Program-made: the position numbers and the translations under genes | In this document: in pieces, positions 40,331-47,346 of the stretch | Numbering within the stretch: position 1 is the stretch's first letter | Layout: each line of letters begins with the position of its first letter | The notes under the pieces: generated by a model | What the model saw: the letters and a program-made list of their open reading frames with translations, nothing else | What the model was told of the DNA's origin: nothing | Database searches by the model: none | Assembly: GCA_964391065.1 (NCBI GenBank) | Contig: CAYMKT010000010.1 | Coordinates: forward strand, 1-47,346 | Direction of reading: 5' to 3' | DNA: 47,346 nt | DNA from: an uncultured Terrimonas sp. | GTDB taxonomy: Bacteria; Bacteroidota; Bacteroidia; Chitinophagales; Chitinophagaceae

Positions 40331-40579
40331 ATGAACATACAGGTATCCAATCTCAGTCTTAATACGGTTGATGCGGATGTTAGAAAATTATTTTCACACT
40401 ACGGTATTGTTGATTCGGCAATGGTAAACCGAAATAAATTTAATGGACGCTCAAAAGGAAGTGCTATTATTAACATGCCTGTTGAGTCCCAGGGCCGGCA
40501 AGCCATCATGTCTCTGCACCAAACCCTGATGGACGGCAAAAAAATCTCCGTTGATGAACTGCGTCAGTCTTTTTTTTAG
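40331..40579 (+). CDS. Single-RRM RNA-binding-like protein with degenerate RNP motifs
   Basis: MNIQVSNLS, LFSHYGIVDSA, GRSKGSAIINM and LMDGKKISV match the bacterial RRM layout. Confidence 0.82.
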   Translation: MNIQVSNLSLNTVDADVRKLFSHYGIVDSAMVNRNKFNGRSKGSAIINMPVESQGRQAIMSLHQTLMDGKKISVDELRQSFF

Positions 40580-40832
40580 AGGCGATATCATCTATTCAAC
40601 CCACCAAAAAGTTAAACCGGCATAGCGTTTTACGAAGTGTGAATAAAAAGTGTGCCCCTGAGCATTCCCCCCGAAAATAGCATAACAGTTCATGTTTTCT
40701 ATTTATCCTGGTAATCCTTGCTATCATTATTTTCTTTAAAGCAAGAAAATCCAAACCCCGTGTTAAAGAATACCCATAAGGTTTACCAACCGCATTGAAA
40801 ATAGTAATCCTTACGGGTAATAAATAAAGTTT

Positions 40833-43800
40833 TTACCTTATAACCGTCAACGTTCCGTTCATGATCCTCCAATGGCCCGGATAGGAACAGATAAAGGGGT
40901 AATCACCCGGAACATCCGGCGCCCTGAATTTGAAATGGAATACCTGATCAGGGTTAATCAACGGTGTTGCATACAATACTTCCGGGATAGCCGGCACGTA
41001 CTGCATACTAACGCCTTCGGGTAGTTGAGCCAGTTTATCGGCCGCCGCTCCAACTTTTTCCATGGCGCCTGGCTTTAACAAAAGAAAATTATGCTGCATG
41101 AAATCTATGTTGTTAAGCGCAATCTCCACAATAGTTCCTGCCTTGACGGTGAGTTTTGTCTTTTCAAACTTCATTTGGTTCTGTACGGTTTTCAGTTCAA
41201 TCACCTGGTCGGGCTTGCCCATATCTGTCTTTTGTGTTTCATCCAATAGGGTCTCTAACCGTGCGTCGTACACTTTACCGATATTACGGGCACTGTCGTC
41301 ATAATTGCCCGCTTTTTTAGTCCCGCTACTCCGGTAGTCGTTCGCAATTCTTATCCCTTCATCCCGTAAAGGCAAACGATATAGTCCTTTTGTTTTGCCC
41401 GCTGCCACTTCTTTACCATTCAAAAAAAGCTCCAGGACGCCCCCTTTTAACAATTTAGCGGTAACGGAAAACGTGTCGGAAACTTTATCTCTTGTTCGTA
41501 TGGTAACTGCCTGGTTATCCTGGTTCACCTGGAAGTTTAATTTCTTTTCATTGTCTACATACACAGCATACCCATTTGTTTTATTTCCATGGGCCACTAT
41601 AACACCCTTTTTCCCATTCTCATCACTCAATTCAACATGAGCCGTAAAAAACAGTTCCCTATTGGTAAGGTCCGGTAACATATCTGGCCTGATATTCGTG
41701 TTTTGTGGCAATGGAACCACGTTTAATGTTGAACGCATCATAATGCGATGAATTAAACCGGCTTTGCCCAACTCTACCTTTTCGTTAATCCCACTCGCCT
41801 TGAAAGCCTTTTCAAAACCTTGCCGCTGTACACCAGATGCTATCACCAATGCTTTTTGTATCCATTTATCTTCGGCGCCGCCGCTTTCTATACTGGCAAG
41901 TTTAAATAGCGCTTGCCCCAGGGCATCCGAAACGGGCAAGTCACTGGTTTTTAATACGGCAGCCAGCACCACACGAAGGTCTTTATCGTCAAAAACGCCT
42001 GCCTCTATTAACGCTTTGCCTGTAGCTTCTGTGGCCGGCAACACCTGTATGGCAGCCCGACGGACGCCGGCGGCAGGGTGTTTCAGTGCAGCAAAGGCTA
42101 CATCCAGTGCAGCTTTATTATCCCCTTCAAATGCTTTTAAGCCTTGTAAAGTCCACAGGGCATGCACTGCCGGAGCATTCAATCCAATTTTATCCAGGGT
42201 TGTGTTTTGCACCAGTTTGTATAATTTATCCTCCACAGCTTTATCGCCTTTTTCAACCAGTAAACGTTGGGCGGTGGTACGCCAAAACATGTTAGTACTG
42301 CTTAATGCCTTAACCAATTCACCGGCATCATCCTTATCGAGAGATAATATTTGATCGCTATCGGATTGCTTCAAACGGATGCTATAAATCCGTCCCCGAA
42401 TGGAGTCTCTTATCGGGTTTATATAAGCATTCCCTTTGCCCGTCTCATACCCTTGTGGAGTTGGGTTATGCTGGATGATAAAGTTATACCAGTCGAGCAT
42501 CCATACATTCCCATCCGGCCCAACCTCAGCCTGAATGGGCCCAAACCAATCATCGGCACTGGACACAAAGTTCCAGCCATCCCGGCCTTCTTTAAAAGTA
42601 GAACCGTCGCGCTCAATAATATTGCGATGTATAACTCTTCCGGTTGGCTCGTTTACAAACGCAATCCTGTTCCAGAATTCTTTTGGGTAATGACGGGCTG
42701 TGTATAAACTATGCCCTGCCGCCGCAGTAAAACCATTATGCACGTCAACCTGCCGCAGATTTTTTGTAGCAACATGCATTGTGTAATGGCTTTCAATCTT
42801 GGCTATGCCGGTCTCACCCCCCTGTCCGGCCATTTCGAAATACCTTTTGGGTATTGTATATGTCGCGCTATGGGTATTATTGGCCGTTGATATAAATACA
42901 TCAAAATCTTCCGAAAAACCCAGGCCCCAGGTATTGTTTGAGGTATTACCCAAAAACTCCAACTGCCTACCATCGGCTGTAAAACGGTACAGGCCCTGAC
43001 TGAACCGCATCGTGTCTTTCCCATCTCCCACCAGGCCTTTAAACCCGGAATAACCAACGGTACCCCATATTGTATTATCGGGGCCATATCTAAAGTTTGA
43101 AGGCCCCGCATGGGTATCGAAAGTGCCCCAGCCCGAAATAATAGTTTCCCGTATATCTGCTTTATCATCGCCATCCGTATCTTTTAAGAAAAGAAAATCG
43201 GGCGCCTGGGCTACTACCACACCGCCATTTATAAAGGCAAAACTGGTAGGTATATTTAAATTATCCGCAAACACAGTGAATTTGTCTGCTTTACCATCGC
43301 CGTCGGTGTCTTCCAGGATTTTTATCATATCCCTGCCTTCCTTTTTGTTCTCACGTACCATATTCGGATAATCCATAGTTTCCACTATCCATAAGCGCCC
43401 CCGCTCATCCCAATTCATATAAATCGGCTTGTTGATATCAGGCTCCGCAGCAAAAAGTTTCAACTCAAAGCCAACCGGTACCTGTATCAGCCGCATAGAT
43501 TGCTCAGGCGATAAAGGCTCCTGGAATTGAGGTGGCGGATCGCGTTTTTCATAATTGGGCATGCGCGCATCTTCGTATTTTGCATTGGGGACTTGGAATT
43601 GATCTAGTAAGGATTTGGCGTGGTCGCCTACGGCCCATACTATCCCATTGTATACCAGTTTCAAAAAACCGGGATTCATCCATGTTTTTTCATTGTGACC
43701 ATATGCTGTATAAAAAACTCTTCCCTGTCCGTAATTACGTACCCATGTGTAGGGTTCATGATGGTCGCCTTCCACCCGTTCTGTAAGCACTTCTATATCC

Positions 43801-44330
43801 TTGTTAATCTTATCGTGTATATAGGTTTCATCTTCCGTAGAAAAAGCGGGAATATCTTTCAATACAGGGTGATCTGGCTTTACTATTACCGCTGTGAAGG
43901 AATCGTACTGATGTGTTTTAAATTGTCCGCCTACCAGTTCTACAACTTCCGGTGAATTACGAAAACACCAGGAAGCGCAATGAACCGGAATAAACCCTTT
44001 GCCTGAGTGCACAAAATCGAGTAAGGCCTTTTCCTGCGGCCTGGTGATGCTATCGTGATTGGCATACAACAACAACCCATCATACCATTTCAAATCCTCT
44101 CTTAAAAGATCGTCCGGGTTGGTAGTATAGGTAATATTTATTCCTTTTTTAAAATATTCCTGCGAAAGCAATTCGGCCAGTTTCTCCGAATCGTGATGTT
44201 TACTGTTATGACCCAGGAATAATATTTCCAGGCGCCGGGGTTGATCATCTTTCACCTGTTGTTTGCAGGATTGTAATACTATAGCAAAAGAAAATATGCA
44301 AATCAAGGGCCGGAGGATATCACGTTTCAT
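40833..44330 (-). CDS. Multidomain lipoprotein: ThuA-like + PVC-type dehydrogenase beta-propeller + HEAT + LamG-like + C-terminal azurin/auracyanin-like cupredoxin
   Basis: Lipobox LQSC; GQGRVFYTAYGH; FELKLFAAEP..WDERGRLW; DTDGDGKAD; FMQHNFLL and CSYPGHWRIM type-1 copper ligands. Confidence 0.85.
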   Translation of the reverse strand: MKRDILRPLICIFSFAIVLQSCKQQVKDDQPRRLEILFLGHNSKHHDSEKLAELLSQEYFKKGINITYTTNPDDLLREDLKWYDGLLLYANHDSITRPQEKALLDFVHSGKGFIPVHCASWCFRNSPEVVELVGGQFKTHQYDSFTAVIVKPDHPVLKDIPAFSTEDETYIHDKINKDIEVLTERVEGDHHEPYTWVRNYGQGRVFYTAYGHNEKTWMNPGFLKLVYNGIVWAVGDHAKSLLDQFQVPNAKYEDARMPNYEKRDPPPQFQEPLSPEQSMRLIQVPVGFELKLFAAEPDINKPIYMNWDERGRLWIVETMDYPNMVRENKKEGRDMIKILEDTDGDGKADKFTVFADNLNIPTSFAFINGGVVVAQAPDFLFLKDTDGDDKADIRETIISGWGTFDTHAGPSNFRYGPDNTIWGTVGYSGFKGLVGDGKDTMRFSQGLYRFTADGRQLEFLGNTSNNTWGLGFSEDFDVFISTANNTHSATYTIPKRYFEMAGQGGETGIAKIESHYTMHVATKNLRQVDVHNGFTAAAGHSLYTARHYPKEFWNRIAFVNEPTGRVIHRNIIERDGSTFKEGRDGWNFVSSADDWFGPIQAEVGPDGNVWMLDWYNFIIQHNPTPQGYETGKGNAYINPIRDSIRGRIYSIRLKQSDSDQILSLDKDDAGELVKALSSTNMFWRTTAQRLLVEKGDKAVEDKLYKLVQNTTLDKIGLNAPAVHALWTLQGLKAFEGDNKAALDVAFAALKHPAAGVRRAAIQVLPATEATGKALIEAGVFDDKDLRVVLAAVLKTSDLPVSDALGQALFKLASIESGGAEDKWIQKALVIASGVQRQGFEKAFKASGINEKVELGKAGLIHRIMMRSTLNVVPLPQNTNIRPDMLPDLTNRELFFTAHVELSDENGKKGVIVAHGNKTNGYAVYVDNEKKLNFQVNQDNQAVTIRTRDKVSDTFSVTAKLLKGGVLELFLNGKEVAAGKTKGLYRLPLRDEGIRIANDYRSSGTKKAGNYDDSARNIGKVYDARLETLLDETQKTDMGKPDQVIELKTVQNQMKFEKTKLTVKAGTIVEIALNNIDFMQHNFLLLKPGAMEKVGAAADKLAQLPEGVSMQYVPAIPEVLYATPLINPDQVFHFKFRAPDVPGDYPFICSYPGHWRIMNGTLTVIR

Positions 44331-44452
44331 CGATGGATTATTTAGACTAAAAAATAGAAAACATTGAATTGAGGACTGCCGATTAACCGATGACCAGGAA
44401 ATTGGTTACAGTTAAATGGATGCACCTATTAGAAAAGCGGCGCTATATCTGT

Positions 44453-45583
44453 TCATTTCGACAATGTAAAATCAGGCAATTTGATGATTTCTCCGCCCTT
44501 TTGCGCAGAGTCATGCGCCAGGATACCTACGCAAGTAATATTCGCCGATTGCCTTGCATTCGGGAATGGATCGCGTTTTGAAACTAAAGCATTCACAAAT
44601 TCGTGTACCAGGTGCGGATGCGATCCGCCATGACCTGCACCTTGTATAAAAGAAAGATGCTGGTGTTCATCGGTATCATATACGCCTGCTTTGGTAAAAG
44701 CCCGGATAGGTTCCGGCAATAAGTGACCATAATCGGGACATTCTATTTTCTCAGGAATTTCGGGCTCCGGCCTTTTGGCAGTATGCACTACCAGCGGCTC
44801 ACCTTCAATTAATGGCCATTCCACAGATTTGATAGACCCGTATACCTCAAAACTTTCCCGGTACTGTCGAGCAGTATCGAATAAGGAACGATATACATAA
44901 GCACTTAGATCAGAATTCCTGAATTTAATATGAGTGCTTTCTACCGCATAGGTTGAATTATAAAATTTGTGAAGTTCTTCCCGTATGGTTCCGGAGCCAA
45001 AACAAGACACATACTCTGCTTCTGCCCTTGTTAAGCCGAGTACAGGCCCCACACAATGGGTAGCATAATACATGGGCGGCAGCCCCGGCCAATAATTAGG
45101 CCAGCCGTCCATATCCTGCTGATGGCTTGCTTTAAGGAATTGCAGTTTACCCAACGCGCCCTTATCGTATAATTCCTTCATAAATAAAAACTCTCTGGCG
45201 TACACTACCGTTTCCATCATCATATAAGTAAGCCCGCTATTTTTTACGGCCTGCACAATTTGCCTGCATTCTTCTACCGTAGTAGCCATAGGAACGGTAC
45301 ATGCTACATGTTTGCCGGCCTTTAGCGCTTTTAATGATTGAATAGCATGGTCAGGGATAGGCGTGTTGATATGAACTGCGTCTATCTCAGTATCCTTTAA
45401 CAATTCATCATAATCGGTATATCTCCTCTCAATACCAAAAGCATCGCCTATCTTTTGGAGACTCTCATTATTCCGTTGGCAAATAGCATACATTTCTGCG
45501 TTAGGATGACGCTGGTAGATGGGAATAAACTCTGCCCCAAAACCAAGTCCGACGATTGCTATTTTTACTTTTTCTGTTGACAT
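44453..45583 (-). CDS. Gfo/Idh/MocA family oxidoreductase
   Basis: KIAIVGLGFG Rossmann motif, DAVHINTPIPDH and AGKHVACTVPMA. Confidence 0.9.
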   Translation of the reverse strand: MSTEKVKIAIVGLGFGAEFIPIYQRHPNAEMYAICQRNNESLQKIGDAFGIERRYTDYDELLKDTEIDAVHINTPIPDHAIQSLKALKAGKHVACTVPMATTVEECRQIVQAVKNSGLTYMMMETVVYAREFLFMKELYDKGALGKLQFLKASHQQDMDGWPNYWPGLPPMYYATHCVGPVLGLTRAEAEYVSCFGSGTIREELHKFYNSTYAVESTHIKFRNSDLSAYVYRSLFDTARQYRESFEVYGSIKSVEWPLIEGEPLVVHTAKRPEPEIPEKIECPDYGHLLPEPIRAFTKAGVYDTDEHQHLSFIQGAGHGGSHPHLVHEFVNALVSKRDPFPNARQSANITCVGILAHDSAQKGGEIIKLPDFTLSK

Positions 45584-45587
45584 AACG

Positions 45588-45623
45588 AATATGATTTATG
45601 CGAAAAATATAATTTATGCGAAA
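45588..45623. repeat. Tandem 18-bp direct repeat (17/18 identical)
   Basis: AATATGATTTATGCGAAA (45588-45605) followed by AATATAATTTATGCGAAA (45606-45623). Confidence 0.85.
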
Positions 45624-46231
45624 TTGTGAAAGCAGCAAAATAATAAGGGTTCTTTTCTTTTTTAAAGCTTCAATCTGCAGGGCAGCCTGTCTTTTCTAAA
45701 CCGTTTCTTTAAATCCGTCCGGTGGGCATGACCTGTACCGGCGCACCTCTGTAGTTTTGGGAACCGGAGCATGAATAAGATCATTCCCGGGGTTGAGATA
45801 GCTTGTTCAAAAGGTTTTCTTCAATATTCATGCAGCCTGCCTCAAACGCAGTTTTGGTTGCGGAATGATTCCTATTTTTGATCCCCTTCGCCATATTCTG
45901 GCAATAGAAAAAAAACCATGAGCGTATTACCGCTATTTCGTTTGTAAGTATTTTCTTTGAATTAAATAACCAATTAACACGGGAAAGGGAGATGAAGACC
46001 ATTGAAGTGGAAATCAAAGCATCAAAACCGAAGTAAAATAACTTCATATCCGGCCTGATAACCATTAACTTTCCTTGAGTATTTGAAGCTGGCATAGCAA
46101 TCCGCATTAGTGCTGAACTAAAACAAACCGCTAAATTACGTTTATTTAATTCCTTCGGTTTTGCGAATTATACCAAATCCTGACTGTATTTTATCCTAAA
46201 GTAGCAGAAATCCATAAAATACAGGAAAACA

Positions 46232-47101
46232 TTAGAGCGTTGAAAATTTTTCCCTGTACATTTTTGGCGTCATTTTAAGTGCCCATTTAAACTGCCGGTT
46301 AAAATTAGAAAGTGTATTGAAACCACATTCATAGCAAACCTGGTTAATGCTTTTACCATCGTCTTCCGTAAGTAATTTACAGGCCTGTCTAACCCTAAGC
46401 TCCGATAAAAATCCGGAAAAGGTTTTACTGGTCTTTATTTTGAAATACCTGCTGAATGAGGTAGGTGTCATATTAAGCAATCCTGCTGCCTCCCTTAGCG
46501 TAATATTGTTATGAAAATGCTGTGCAACATAATTGTATACAATATTAATGCGCTGCGTCGCCGAGTCATTCAGGTTATATACGTAATCGGCGTTGTGCAA
46601 CAGGCGAAATTCCTTTGTACTCGCTAATAGTTCCAGGATCTGCAATAACTGTATCAGGCTGGAGGCGCCGTGTGATGTAATGATCCGGTCCATCAATCCC
46701 CCAACCTGCATAACCGTTTTTCCATAATATTCTATACCCCTCCTGGCTTTTTTAAACAGCGTCCTGATCTGCTGCATCTCCTCTTTTTCAAGAAGGTCAC
46801 TCATAAACCCATTGTTGAAATAGATAACCAGACCGTGGCTTTGTTGTTTATTTCTTTTGTTGAAATAAATACTATCATTCCTCCACAAATGCGGCATACC
46901 TGGCCCAAGGAAAGTGAGATCTCCTTCGCCAAATGAGGTGACGGTATTGCCGATAAAACGTGTACCTGTTCCCTTTAATACTATAAATAGCTGGTATTCG
47001 CCATGTGCATGCCAGGTGGCGTCAAAATGCTTTTCCTGCAATTCCTTGATGACAAATATTCTGGAAGCAGGAATAGAAGATTTTTGAACGGCAGATTTCA
47101 T
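46232..47101 (-). CDS. AraC family transcriptional regulator (cupin + double HTH)
   Basis: WHAHGEYQL, GDLTFLGPGMPHLW, FSRYFK and CGFNTLSNFNRQFK motifs. Confidence 0.95.
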   Translation of the reverse strand: MKSAVQKSSIPASRIFVIKELQEKHFDATWHAHGEYQLFIVLKGTGTRFIGNTVTSFGEGDLTFLGPGMPHLWRNDSIYFNKRNKQQSHGLVIYFNNGFMSDLLEKEEMQQIRTLFKKARRGIEYYGKTVMQVGGLMDRIITSHGASSLIQLLQILELLASTKEFRLLHNADYVYNLNDSATQRINIVYNYVAQHFHNNITLREAAGLLNMTPTSFSRYFKIKTSKTFSGFLSELRVRQACKLLTEDDGKSINQVCYECGFNTLSNFNRQFKWALKMTPKMYREKFSTL

Positions 47102-47292
47102 AACAGATCTTTAGCGCCATTGTACGTGATAAAGATAGGTGATGAACCGAACATGGATCGTGGGCTTGCTTCCTGCAATTGTAACTTACCGAATTGGTTG
47201 TGTGATAGTATCCGGTTAGGCAAATCCGATGTGTAGCCCGTATAATGTTTGCCAGCAGTGGCTGAATGCAAAACATAAACGGTGTAAGTCAT
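47098..47292 (-). pseudogene. Truncated GIY-YIG (YhbQ-like) nuclease
   Basis: First ~36 aa (YTVYVLHS..KHYTGYTSDLPNRILSHN) are GIY-YIG-like; the remainder lacks the conserved Glu-containing helix. Confidence 0.7.
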
Positions 47293-47320
47293 GAAACTGA
47301 AAAATATTACGAAACGATTG

Positions 47321-47346
47321 TAGCGGGATCGGGAGTTGAACCCGAG
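47321..47346 (-). tRNA. 3' end of a tRNA cut by the window edge; acceptor strand TCCCGCT-A suggests tRNA-Met, but the anticodon is not visible
   Basis: Minus strand reads c-TCGGG-TTCAACT-CCCGA-TCCCGCT-A, i.e. T-arm, acceptor strand and discriminator; CCA not encoded. Confidence 0.85.

Noticed and set aside
40690..40779. TM-like reading frame (..CFLFILVILAIIIFFKARKSKPRVKEYP*)
   Set aside because: No in-frame ATG/GTG/TTG after the upstream TAG; the nearby ATG is out of frame; unsupported without reads or homologues
41764..42354. Long antisense ORFs (also 33671-34222, 448-936, 9673-10110 and others)
   Set aside because: Shadows of well-supported genes on the opposite strand
45781..46107. 108-aa ORF from the supplied track
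   Set aside because: No recognisable family and does not read like a real protein; treated only as part of the unexplained gap

Overview
A gene-dense chromosomal window from a Bacteroidota bacterium, most likely Chitinophagaceae-like. This call rests on TAnnTTTG-type -7 promoters, a short primary sigma factor, an extended S16 and A-rich, SD-less start contexts. Most of the window is housekeeping or envelope genes: murQ with a sugar kinase, S41 protease, cystathionine beta-synthase, ABC exporter, thiolase, pyrD, ffh-rpsP-rimM, rpoD, LptF/G, M20 peptidase, ade, L,D-transpeptidase, trmD, PNP, porin, frameshifted prfB and a partial tRNA at the right edge. I see no CRISPR array, IS element or prophage. 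Four signals stand out. (1) Two unannotated promoter-to-terminator non-coding units (about 5098-5474 and 29669-29798) share a GATTGA/TCAATCAAC 5' helix and a CC(C/T)T-loop-AGGGT hairpin. (2) Three CA(T/A)CGA boxes with exact 21-bp periodicity (LytTR-type spacing) lie directly upstream of the second unit, next to a hybrid kinase-Hpt-LytTR phosphorelay, which suggests a phosphorelay-controlled sRNA circuit. (3) An ECF sigma / TonB-C-containing anti-sigma / TonB-box-bearing vWA protein module has no outer-membrane barrel. (4) A ThuA-propeller-HEAT-LamG-cupredoxin lipoprotein sits beside a Gfo/Idh/MocA oxidoreductase and an AraC regulator. All family calls come from motif recognition by eye; no searches or folding computations were run.
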